A stretch of DNA of 64,000 bases, taken from NCBI RefSeq assembly GCF_000787575.1, contig NW_012236524.1, positions 679,665-743,664 on the forward strand, read 5' to 3'. Positions 11,371-22,352 of this stretch are shown here, piece after piece. Numbering within the stretch: the stretch's first letter is position 1; each line of letters begins with the position of its first letter. The translations under genes were made by a program, and so were the position numbers. The DNA comes from Acytostelium subglobosum. Taxonomy: Eukaryota. Under the pieces are notes generated by a model that saw only the letters and a list, made by a program, of their open reading frames with translations, had not been told where the DNA came from and ran no database searches.

Positions 11371-12855
11371 GATTATTATTTATATTTGGTATGTATTAAT
11401 GAATGTAAGTATATATATAAGTGTTTGATTACTTTGTAAGCTTCTTGCTGTAAGTATCTATCTTTGTTGTTTGATTGTTAGATTGTTGAATTGATGTCTT
11501 TACCGATCCATCAATCGATTATTTATAAACAATGGATGGACAATGTCCATTGTCAATTGGAGTAGCATGTTGCCAAACAATTTCTTTCGATCACCAAGTT
11601 GGAACGATTCAGTGATATTCAGGAACCGAGTGCGCCCTTCCAATTCGAAGTCTTTAGAATTGATTGGAGTCAGTGTAAATGACACTAGTGTTTATTTGAA
11701 TGGTCTCGAGCAAAAGCGCTTTACGACCCCCAAAGTGTAGACCCCACCCAATAATTCCGGAAGTGAAGAACAATCCTGAAGCGATTCCGGAACCCCCACC
11801 TTTATTTGTTCGACCAACTATTTTGACCTGGTTATTTGGTCAACAGTTGATTATTATTATTTTTCATTGACCAACAAAAACATTATTATTGTCTATATCG
11901 GGTATATTTAAAGATTTATAATTATCGAATACCGGACAACAATAACAAACAAAAATACAACACACACAAACATAACAATTTATTTTTATTATTAATAATA
12001 TATATCTATCTACGAAGTACTTCCAACATGTGTGTTAATGAAGATACACAACAATTCGCAATTAGTAACAAACTGACTCTTAAGGAGTAACTTCAAACAC
12101 TTTGAGTTATCATCTGGGGATGAACTTCCCAAATGGGTAATCTGGGTTGCTTTCTCTCGCTTCCCATTATTTAATTTTTCTTTTTTTTTTCATTTCATAC
12201 GAATGTTGGGGGTGAGCCCATTCGCTTAACCCTAAGTCGTTCGCACTGACAACACATACACGCGTATTCTCATACTTGCTCAACAACAAACATATAATTA
12301 TCTATCTTTATATCTATACATACAAGCTTTAACTCAACAACATTACTTTGTTACTTCTTAACATATTTTCAAACTACTATTCATATATACATTAACATTG
12401 TCTTACTTTTTTTTAAAGAGTAGACTTTTATATTAGACGTTTTGTCACCTGCTTAACCGGAGTGATAGAGCTATAATATAAAAGAGCACCAAGTACTTGT
12501 GCTTAACTAAACCCCCTTCGTGGATTCGAAAGCCGTTCTCCTACCCTTTGTTCATACTACCGACTTTATGTCCAAGGGGTGCCAAAGGAAGCTAACTTCT
12601 TTCAACTTCACTCTCGCACTCTACGTTGCCGACACAGGAATTTCCTAGCGTTCGCTATTATAATCTATTATATACTATAATTATATACTATAACACAATT
12701 TCACAAGCTATTATCAACAATCAATACTCCTACTCTTAATATATTCTTAAAATATCGAACCGACACGACACGACTCGAATATCGATCGATACACATATAC
12801 AACACCTTACACTCAAACAAAAAGAACGACCGTTTAAACAACAACCAAACATACT

Positions 12856-14122
12856 ATGCCAATCATGTAAGTAGTTAGCTGATATTTCAGGAATATGTCA
12901 CGTGACACGATAAATATCACGTGACCGACTCGTCTTTTTCACTTTTTTTTTTGATCATCTGACCTAACATTTTTTGTACTTCCTTTCTCATTCTAGGACA
13001 ACAAACAAGACCTTCAATGAGTCCGATGCAGGATTTGAGGTAGAGGAGCAATGCTTCCCAGGAGGATTCGAGGGACCAGAGAAGAAGCTCGACATTCGTT
13101 TCCATCCAATTAACAAGACTGGAAAGTCTCAACCATCTCGTTTGGGACTCCGAACACTCAACAAGGAGAGATGGCAGTCCGTCTTGGACTCTGCCCGTTG
13201 CACTATCATCAGCCAGACCAGCAACGACTTTATGGACTCGTACGTGCTCTCAGAGTCATCGCTGTTTGTTTACCCACGCCGTGTCATGGTCAAGACCTGC
13301 GGCACCACCACTTTGCTTCACCTCGTCGATAAGATGGTCGAGGTTGGCAGAGAGTGTGGCCTGGAGATTGAGATGGTTCTCTTCTCGCGTAAGAACCTCA
13401 ACAACCCCCACAAGCAGGTGTTCCCTCACTGCTCTTTCGACGACGAGGTCAAGTACCTCAACAAGACCTTCAACGGACAGGCCTACGTGATGGGCCCCCT
13501 CACCAAGGACCATTGGAACCTCTACATTGCTGACATGCGACAGGGCAACACTTTGCAGCGCACCGAGCAGACATTCGAGGTGATGATGCACGATCTCGAC
13601 CAGGAGGTCATGAAGCAGTTCTTCAAGCGCGAGGGCGTCACTGCTTGGGACACCACCGTCAGCAGCGGCATCGCCAACCTTATCCCTGGATCCATCATTG
13701 ACGACTTCCAGTTTGAGCCATGCGGCTACTCGATGAACGGCCTGCGCAACAAGGCTTACTGGACCATCCACATTACCCCCGAGGACCACTGCTCCTACGT
13801 CTCGTTTGACACCAACCTCGCCGTCGCCGACTACAACCAGCTTCTCCAGGACGTCCTGGCCGTGTTCAAGCCCGGCCGCTTCACTGCCGCCCTCTACTGT
13901 GAGGATGGTGCACCATGCGGTGACCCATACTCTGCGTTCAACATTGACATGCCCGAGTTTGCCATGACCAACAAGACAATCCACGGCTTTGACGGTGGCT
14001 ACGATGTGGTCGTGTGCAACTTTGACCGACAGAATGTCCTATCCAAGTCCATTGACGGTCCAACTGGTGCAGCCCAGCTCATTGAGTCAAACAATGTTGA
14101 TTGTAACTTCATTGTTGCTTGA
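12856..14122 (+). CDS. amd1: S-adenosylmethionine decarboxylase proenzyme; exon 1 12856..12866 (11 nt, atgccaatcat), intron 12867..12996, exon 2 12997..14122
   Basis: FEGPEKKLDIRF, the proenzyme autocleavage site LSESSLFV, KTCGTT, FEPCGYSMN and YWTIHITPE are all AdoMetDC hallmarks; the protein aligns end to end with human AMD1. The long ORF has no in-frame ATG upstream of FEGPEK. The only way to supply one is the ATG at 12856 followed by a GTAAGT donor 11 nt later and the TAG acceptor at 12994..12996; the reading frame closes exactly (at|g aca aca aac). Confidence 0.8.
12897..12925. promoter_or_regulatory. Two palindromic GTCACGTGAC / TCACGTGAC E-box/G-box-like elements 11 nt apart inside intron 1 of the AdoMetDC gene
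   Basis: Read directly as atgtcacgtgacacgataaatatcacgtgacc. CACGTG is the canonical bHLH/bZIP G-box core; a regulatory function is inferred, not shown. Confidence 0.3.
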
Positions 14123-14500
14123 AACACTCAGTCAGTAGGCGATCCTTAGCCAGTACCAATCAGTCATTCAATCATTCACTCAATCAATCAGTCACCAACA
14201 TCCATCCATCCGCCCATTCATTCATTCAATCTCAATCAACCACCAATCACAAGGGGGATGTCTCCATCCCCCTTGGTAGTAGAGTAGGAGTAAACATTAT
14301 TAGTGGCCTTCCGTCAAACGGACAGCATTCAAGTAGCATCATATCAAACTCATGTTAGTGTACAACGTATTATTATTGTTATTATTATTATCCAATGATT
14401 TATTGGGTAAACTATATATATCTGGGGAGTTTGATTCCTGTTCGTGTTCGTCGTCGTCGTATCATATTCGTACATGTCTTTGAGCGCTTTGTATACATAT

Positions 14501-16644
14501 TTATTCCCTGGAGTTGGAGTAGCCGCGACTTCCACCGCCACTGTAGCCACTGGTGCCACTGTTGCCGCCACTGCCACCACTGTTCATGGCGGTCATAAAT
14601 TGGGAGCCGCCGGAAATGGTGGTCTGGTTCTTCCTTGTTCGCTGCATCTTGAGTTGGGGCAGTCCGTCATCCTCTGTTGGCTTGTAAATCTTCCAGATCT
14701 TGCTGCCAAAGATAATGAGCATGGCAGTGAATGTGGTGAAGATGGCCATGGAAGAGACGATGGCGTCACGACTGCGCTGGCTCTCCACGCCTGCCATCAA
14801 TGGGATGACGATGAACAGCGTGAATGTGATGAGGTAGGTCACGGTGGCGAACTCATGGGTCTCCTCAAACTCCTCGAGATCGATCACGCGAGTCTTCCAA
14901 GAGATGACGCATCCATAGAGCAGCTGGAGACCGTGGAACACGAGCAAGGCGTACAGGATGTTGTCACCATGTTGGTTGTTCACACAGGTTTGAGTGAACT
15001 CGTACTTGCCAATGCCGTCGAGGCCAAGCGAGTTAAAGTTGGTTGGGCCGCCAACGCCAGAATACAAGGCCAACAACAGGAGGTTGAGCAGCAAGATGCC
15101 CGAGTACAGGTTGTACACACGCTGTGGCATGATGGGCGAGATCTTGTCTGACTTCTTGGCGAGCAGCTCATTGAACTTGAGGTAGATCCTGGTGTTCTTG
15201 ATAATCATGAGGCCCACGAGGAAGGTGTAGCCGAGCGAGATCATCCAGACACGGGAGATGCACAGGCCCTTGGTCTTCTGATGAGTGTTGAACAAGATCA
15301 CACCGATTGGCACCAACAATGTTCCAAGCATAAGTCCACCGATGAACAACAGGTTGGAGTATTGCACTGGCAACTTGTTGCGCAGGAAGATGCACATGGT
15401 CATCAGGACCAAGCCGGCGAATATCTGAATGGACGATACTGAGATAAAGACCTTGTTGATACGATCGCGGTCATAGATCTCGGTGGTTGGCACTGAGTAG
15501 TATCCCTTGTCCACAACGTCATCGTACAACTCTGTCATTGACAACATGTCGGCATGAGTAATGCACTTGGAGCCAAACACTTCAACGTTGCGATCGGTAC
15601 AGAGGTATGGGTGTGAGTTCAAGTCATTGGCCTTGAGCTGGTCCAACACAACCGAGGCATTGGATACCATTGATTGTGTCAACTAATGTATGAATAATGT
15701 TGGTTAGCGAGTGATTGATTGATTGGATGATTGAATGATTGAATGAGTGGACTTACCAAGAATGAGAAACGATCAAGTGTGTAGAATCCATTGTTAAAGT
15801 CGAGGTAGTGATGGGTGTTCTCAAAGGACTGATCTTTGATTGATTGTCCAACTTGGGTGAACAGGACGTGATAGTTGGTTACGATGCTCTGGAGAACAAA
15901 GTCGCCGAGGACGGACTCGTGAGGGAATCCATTGGAGCCAAAGGCGGCAACACCTTGCTTGAGGAAGGATTGTGAGACGCTCATGGTGTACTGGCTCTGG
16001 GTGATGGCATCGATCGACAGACCCTTGAGTATGTTAACGGCGCCAAGTGCAGTGTCTGGGTCGTTGTACGATTTGGTCGAGACGACATTGACCACGGCGT
16101 TGGCATTGGCAGCGGCCACGCCAGAGTAAAAGGCGTTGGCGGTGTAGTAGTTCTCCACGGGTGGACCGGGCACGACCAGTCCAATGTTGTTCCTACTCAG
16201 ACCGGCAATGTATCCAAGCATGTAGAATGGCGAGATTGGGTTGAGGTCGTACGACGAGATGTACTGGTTGCTGTCCTGGTGCACGCCGGAGGTCCTGATC
16301 AGGAAGTAGACCTTGCGTCTGGACGCGTAGCGGTGGGCGGCGTCAAAGGCGGCGCTGGCCTGGCTCGGATCACAGGTGATGATGTAGTTGTATCCATTGT
16401 TAATGCTGCTGACGATGTTGTCGTAGACCTCGTCGTACGTGTTGACCATCTCCAGGATGGCCGACGAGGATATTTGCAACTGCTGTTCAGAGCGGCCAGC
16501 GCCTTGGTTGACCATGTAGTTGAAGGAGACGTCCGTGATGACGCCTGGCAGCAGGACGGCCATCTTCAAGGTCTGGCCCAAGGCCATGCCCATGAAGGCC
16601 AATGTCAACAGTAGTAATATATGTGTGTGGTTGTTCATGTACAT
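14501..16644 (-). CDS. Family C (metabotropic-glutamate/GABA-B-like, Grl-type) 7TM receptor with an N-terminal Bmp/PnrA-type periplasmic-binding-protein ectodomain; exon 1 16644..15757, intron 15756..15683, exon 2 15682..14501
   Basis: A signal peptide (LLLLTLAFMGMALG) is followed by an ectodomain with Bmp-family motifs (LLPGVITDVSFN, FYMLGYIAGL, NAFYSGV). Seven hydrophobic helices follow (e.g. VFISVSSIQIFAGLVLMTMCIF ... AIVSSMAIFTTFTAMLIIFG), then a Gly/Ser-rich tail. The GTAAGT..TAG intron joins ...LDRFSFL to LTQSMVSN in frame. Confidence 0.7.
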
Positions 16645-17731
16645 GTTGGTTGATTGTGTATGTGTGTGATTATGTGTGTGTTTAAGATTGATTGATGATT
16701 AATGGACTACAGGAAGTAGACGAGTTTCGAACAATGTCGTCTTGGGCAAGGTTGGACCAAATGTGTTGTTGTTGTTGTTGTGTTGCGCGCTGTTGTTGAG
16801 ATTATACATGTACCGTCTATTGTACCATCCATGCAAGCATTGATTGATACGATCAATCAAACCAAACCAATGAGGAGATACAAAGAGGTTTAATTAATAA
16901 TCGATCAATCATTGACACTGTATCCTCATACACTTCACACACTCACCCTCTAACCAACACCAACACTAACAGGTCCAGATGGATAAGGCCAGACACCACC
17001 ATTCATGCCCTCACTGAGTTGATAGGCCCTGTATCATAAAGCCCCACTATGTAGTGTAAACAATTAGTCCTGCCCAATCACATTGCTCAAGGACCTAACT
17101 GGCAACACACACAATCACTATTGGCCCCCAAATCAAGGTGGATGCGAAATCGACCTGTGGAGACCAAAAGGATCGTCCCCAGTGGACCCACTACCCCCCA
17201 CATAGATCAAAAACGAATGATAAACGATATCTTTCAACCACACACACACAATCAATCACATAACTTACTTGAAGCACCCCCTTTCTGTCATTGTTGCCGA
17301 CTTGATCTTTCAATCAGCTTGTTTGGGGAGATAGGGCGGGGTGATCACCTTCTAAATGAAGGACAGTATCAGGCGATATTAATTGCATCGATTGACCAAA
17401 GAATGGTCATACAACAGTACATTTGCACGTCCCTTTGCCAACGAGCGAAATGGAACGAACGTATTATCATACCCAGATCGATCGATATGGGGATGCTGTT
17501 GGAGATAAATGAGTTTCGGGAGGTTTGATCTGATCTGTCAGTCTCGTCAACTGTCGGAGTCTGTCTAGCCGGCGGTCAATCAGCTGAGGGTATGAATAGA
17601 AACTAGAAACTAGAAATACCACCTGTTGTCGCAGATCAACCTGTGATCAACGTTGTTGGGGGCGGGCGAGTACATGCATTCATGAATGAATGATTGATTG
17701 ATAAAGCTGTCGACTTGAGGAAGACGACAAA

Positions 17732-19766
17732 CTAGTCCCAATATTTAATCTTGCCATCCCATCCACATGTGACCACTTTAGACTGTTCAATAGGATGCCA
17801 CTCTATGCCGATGCACACTTCGTCGTGAGCGTTCAGTGTCCTATTGTTATTGATTGGTTTGAGGTAGTCAGTAAACTGCCAACAGGGAGATTGGAAAGTG
17901 GAGAAGGGTGCATTGCACGAATGGACATTGATCGATCTATGATCTCATCGACCATCGAGTGAGCTCACTAACTAATGTTACATACTTATAAACTTTAGAT
18001 GTCTTCCAGTCCCAGAAGTACGCCTTGCCAGAGCCGTCACCACTGATCAAATACTTGCCATCAGGCGAGAAACCAACCTGGCATGCATAGCCAGCCGATG
18101 TGTGGCCTTGGAATCTCTTCTTCTTGTTCATTCGGAACTTGTCACGTGCGCTGTATATCAGGATTTGGTTGTCCATTGACTGTGCGGCAAACCACTTGCC
18201 ATTGGGATGCACGGCCACTGCGGGCATGCTGTGCATCTCTGGGTCACTGATGTACTTGATCACGACTGGGATGTCCCACTCCCAGACTCTCAGCGACTTG
18301 TCATCACTGGACGATACGAAACGTCGGTTGTTGTCGATAAAGGTGAGCGTGTTGATGGCGCCCATGTGCTGGTCGTACTCCTGGACGACGGTGTTTGAGT
18401 TGGTGTCGTACTGGAGGATCTTGCGATCGGATCCACCGACCAGGAAAAGGTGCTGCTTGTCCTCGTCTGGATTGAACTTGAGGCAGATGGGCTCTGCACC
18501 ATTGGTGTAGGATGAGATGATCTTGCCTGTCTCTGTGTCCCATAAACGAGTGATACGATCATATGCACAGGACAAGAACTGTCTGCCATTGTTTCTGAAG
18601 CAAATGTCACGAACTGCCTGTCCATGTCCAGTGTACGTCTGGATGCAGTCGCGCTCATTGTACACATCCCAAATCTTGACAGTGCTATCCTTGCCTGCTG
18701 ACAGCAACAGGTTGCCATATTTGGGCATGAGACGAATGGCCGACACACCCTTGGTGTGTCCAGTCCATGTGTGGATGAGCTTCTTGGGCAGGTAGGCATC
18801 GTTGACGCCTGGATGCAGCTCGGGCGATGGCTCCAGCCAACTCCTGCCCATGTAATCTCGCGTCTGCTTCCTGTGCATTGTCGCAGTGACATCTGGAGCA
18901 TCCTTACTCTTCTTTTGCTGCTTCTTGCGCATATCCAAGTAGGACTGCTGTTCGGCGCTGAGCACAACATTCGAAGCGTCCTGTAAGTCCTGCTCGACCT
19001 GTCTCGACTTGAGCTCGATCTCCTCCTCCTTGGCAGCCCAAGGTCCTTGGTATCCCTTCACATCGGAAGGGTCATCATGCTGTCGCTTGTTGTTCTTCTT
19101 CTTTGCCTCTGGACGTATATTACTGCTAAACACAGTCATTCCCTCTCTATAGTTGTCCAGATTACCAATCACTCCATTGCCACTTGGGTCTGCGGCGTAA
19201 CCAAGTGATTGGAATGTATGATACTGTTCTTTGAAAGCAAAGTCATTCACATGGAATGACTCTACAATGCCTGTCTTGTGATTCTTCAATGCTGGGTCTA
19301 TTCTTTGTTCTATGTTATGTATGATTGAGTGAGTGATCGTTCGTTAGCATTCGTCATGTCATTGTAAGTCATTCAATCAATCATTCATACTTGATCTTGA
19401 GAATGGTGTTTGTGGACCTGCTATATCTCCATGCATGCTCTCGTATGTTGCATTGTATGTAAGTGCTCTTGCATTTGGGTCTATCTTATTCTCAAGTACC
19501 TGTTGTTGTCGATGATGATGATGCAAAGATGTTAGAAGACGCGTACTCATTCATTGTTATCATTCAATCATTGTATACTATACTCTAATAGATTGTACTG
19601 AAGGTGCTATAGAAGTAGGTTTAAATGATGTGAACTCCTTTAGTTGTACATTATCTTTACATATTGTCTGTGTGCTGTTGTTGCTATTATTATTGTTGTT
19701 ATTTATGCTGTTGTTGTTGGTGGAGTCTTCATCATCATCACTACCATATGCAGCTAACAAGTCCAT
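17732..19766 (-). CDS. cdc40: Pre-mRNA splicing factor PRP17/CDC40 (WD40 protein); at least 5 exons, with the final intron 17985..17841 and the last exon 17840..17732
   Basis: [62 protein letters not shown]...[49 protein letters not shown] is near-identical in pattern to human CDC40. N-terminal exon: [13 protein letters not shown]. The terminal exon [35 protein letters not shown] matches the human C-terminus after removal of a GTATGT..TAG intron that the ORF track ran into. Confidence 0.85.
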
Positions 19767-20029
19767 TTATAGTGTGTATGTATAAGTATGGTGTATATAT
19801 ACAAATAAAGTAAAGGTATACTTAATATGAGCTCAATCAAGTAAGAATGACTAAATTAGAATGAATGAAGTCGACACCTTTCGCGAAAGGCAACTTCACA
19901 CAAACAATGCAAACACAACATTCTTTTGTGGAAACTACGTCTAACAATGGATCGAACGAATGAATAAGTGATTGTAATGTAATGTCTGTACATGTTTAAT
20001 ATTAAATATATATTGTATGGTCTAATGGT

Positions 20030-20865
20030 CTACTCATCATCATTGTCAGTGATACGCTTTCTTTTCTTTAACATTGTCTCATCACGCCTGTTATTTGTTG
20101 TTGTAGCGGTGTATTTACGATCGGATGTCACTATCTTATCACCTCGCCTGTCTTTCCAACTGTCATAGTCTGCAGATGCCTGATATCCTAGTTCAAAGAC
20201 ATGGTTCTCTCTAGACGTCAGATTGGACTGCAGTCTGGATATGTCCGTGTTCTTCAAGTGCATCGACTGCGTGAATATGTTGAACAGGCGTTGCTTGAAC
20301 ACCTTGGCCAGTACCCTAGCCAATGAATCATCCTTAAAGCTTCATTCACAAGGTAAGTAAGTATTACATTCATTCATTCAATCAATCAATGAACTTACAA
20401 TGCAACTATCATTGAACCATAACGATCATAGTAGGGGAACTTGCGCATTGAAATGACCTTGGCATCAGCCATCAGTTTGTTCTTGAAGTCCTCGAGATAT
20501 ATTACAGGTGGTGAGTTGGATATGATATCATTGTTATTCAGTACCTTGGCGAGCCAGAATGGTAACTCAAGTGATGTGCCCTGTTTCATCTGTATGATTG
20601 ATTAAGATAAGTCGATGTCCTACCTACCTCTCTACATTGCTAACAAACTTACATCCTGATGCATGGATGACTGGTCCAAATGACCCAAGTTATAGCCGTC
20701 CGTTTCAAAGCATGATACTATCCTCTAGAGTTCAAAGATATCGTGACAAGTTAGTCAATCATGTTAAGGATATGGACATGGTCATGGAATGTTATTCATA
20801 CTTACCTCTTCCTCTGCGAGTATCTGATCAATATCGTAATAATTACTTTGATGTTGATATGACAT
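20030..20865 (-). CDS. gins3: GINS complex subunit Psf3 (GINS3); 4 exons (approximately 20865..20802, 20743..20672, 20589..20395, 20333..20030)
   Basis: TSLELPFWLAKVL matches human GINS3 SKLELPLWLAKGL. The C-terminal block SRLQSNLTSRENHVFELGYQ...LKKRKRITDNDDE parallels ARLDEMERGLFQTGQ...YKKRKFTDMED. N-terminal micro-exons MSYQHQSNYYDIDQILAEEE and RIVSCFETDGYNLGHLDQSSMHQD are bounded by GTAAGT donors. Confidence 0.7.
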
Positions 20866-21081
20866 GTCTATTCAATGAATGAGTTGGAAGAAGTCTTATA
20901 TACAACAACAATCATTATACCAAGGTCCATATGAACTTTCAAAAGTTGGTAACCGAATCAAAGTGGCGCCTTTTTCAAATTTTGATCACTCTTCCCAAAC
21001 CCTTGCCCTAACTCAAAAAGAGCACTACTTTAAAAAACAAAGAGATAGAGTTTATTCAAACAAAAGGAGTAAGTATTATAA

Positions 21082-21891
21082 CTAATTCTTCTTTAAATGA
21101 TCGTTGGAGTCATCAACATTTAGAAGAGGAATTTGGTTCTCTTCGTCTTGTTCCTCTTTCTTGTTGCTTGCCAGATCAAGATCTTGAGATTGGATCTTTG
21201 GAACGGCTCCACCAGCAATGGACTGGCCAACAAAGTCGCCAGAAATAATTTGCACTGGAGATGAGGGCAAGAGACCTTTGTGGAGGATGGACGCGACCAA
21301 ATGATCGATACCAACATCCAATACTCCTCTTACTCCATCCAATGCAACTCCAGCAATAGCCATCACCACTGGTACGACAATTGAGTTTCCCTTCTTGTGC
21401 TCCTCAATGATGTGATCAATATCCTTGACTACTCCAACTGGTTTGAACTTGCCATGCGAAGATGTCTGTATTAATGTCATCATACAATCGTAGGACGCTC
21501 CAACGACAATAGCAATACCAGCTGCGACTAAGTAGCCTACACCGCCACTAAACATTATGACTCCATTCATGACCAATGAGCGAGTGGACAAGAGAAAGGA
21601 CTCTTCAGCGCGCTTATAATTTCCTTTGGCAAGGTGGTATAAGCCTATACCATGGCCAACAATTGGTATATTGTCACAGAGATGGCTGAGAGTGTCCAGA
21701 AACTCGAGTTGGATTCTCTTTGCCTCCTTATTATTGCCGGCAATTGAATGTATTAATGAGTTGACCTGGGACACCACTGGACAGTTCCTGCTAAACTCGA
21801 TTTGAATCTTTCTGGCCATTTCCTTATCACCAATAATGGCATAAATCAATGATATGATTTGGGATGCTCCCGGAACAATGGTTAATTTCAT
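21082..21891 (-). CDS. Hypothetical protein (269 aa) with internal ~35-aa repeats and hydrophobic Gly-rich segments; no family recognised
   Basis: A single clean ORF. Repeats IGDKEMARKIQIEFSRNCPVVSQVNSLIHSIAG / NNKEAKRIQLEFLDTLSHLCDNIPIVGHGIG are followed by GVIMFSGGVGYLVAAGIAIVVGAS (TM-like) and an acidic C-terminus. Confidence 0.4.
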   Translation of the reverse strand: MKLTIVPGASQIISLIYAIIGDKEMARKIQIEFSRNCPVVSQVNSLIHSIAGNNKEAKRIQLEFLDTLSHLCDNIPIVGHGIGLYHLAKGNYKRAEESFLLSTRSLVMNGVIMFSGGVGYLVAAGIAIVVGASYDCMMTLIQTSSHGKFKPVGVVKDIDHIIEEHKKGNSIVVPVVMAIAGVALDGVRGVLDVGIDHLVASILHKGLLPSSPVQIISGDFVGQSIAGGAVPKIQSQDLDLASNKKEEQDEENQIPLLNVDDSNDHLKKN

Positions 21892-22352
21892 TGTTATAAT
21901 TATTATATTGATATATATTAATATTAATATTTATGTATACAAATAAGTATTGATATACTTTCTATTCCAGCGATCAAACAATTAGGGTATTTATAGACCA
22001 CCATGATTGATACTTATAAGTTCAAGTTTTTAATAAAGTGATTGATAGGGTCTATTAACTCAATCTTTCAAGTTATTGTGGGTGATTACGACTCTACACA
22101 TCGTTTCAATTATATAGAGTTGGTCAATCTCTAGATATATGTAGATGTTGTAGTTAATGATTGAGATTACCTCCACCGTATCAATATTAACTAAGGTCCA
22201 GCCTCAATCTAATTTTTAAGTATGAAGTTGATGATAAGAAACGAAATTTCCAGATCTGCAAGCCGAAGAGGTTTATCAGATGTCCCGTTGTGCCCCACTT
22301 ACATTTATTACATACATTGTTATTGAGTACAGATACGAATAATATATATATA

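Noticed and set aside
12500-12545. The motif TTCGAATCC (on the minus strand), reminiscent of a tRNA T-loop, in the spacer upstream of AdoMetDC
   Set aside because: The flanking bases do not form a T-stem, acceptor stem or anticodon arm, so this is not a tRNA.
12856-12870. atgccaatcatgtaa read as a classic 4-codon uORF (MPIM-stop) regulating AdoMetDC, by analogy to the MAGDIS uORF
   Set aside because: The main ORF has no downstream in-frame ATG before the catalytic motifs. The ATG must therefore be the true start, spliced via the GTAAGT that overlaps the TAA. The uORF reading applies only to unspliced RNA and is kept merely as a hypothesis in the findings.
13256-13984. A 242-aa antisense ORF entirely inside the AdoMetDC gene; also 8777..9244 (+) inside MSH2, 14444..15151 (+) inside the GPCR, 61978..62604 (+) inside the CD36-like gene, and 9094..9438 / 9720..10151 (-) alternative frames of MSH2
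   Set aside because: These are low-complexity Ala/Gly/Val/Leu-rich translations typical of the reverse or alternate frame of GC3-rich coding sequence, with no start context or homology. They are artefacts of codon bias.
17121-17528. A 135-aa plus-strand ORF in the spacer between the GPCR and PRP17 genes
   Set aside because: It has no recognisable domains, its codon usage is unlike neighbouring genes, and it lies in what is probably the shared 3' flank of two minus-strand genes. It is most likely a chance ORF.
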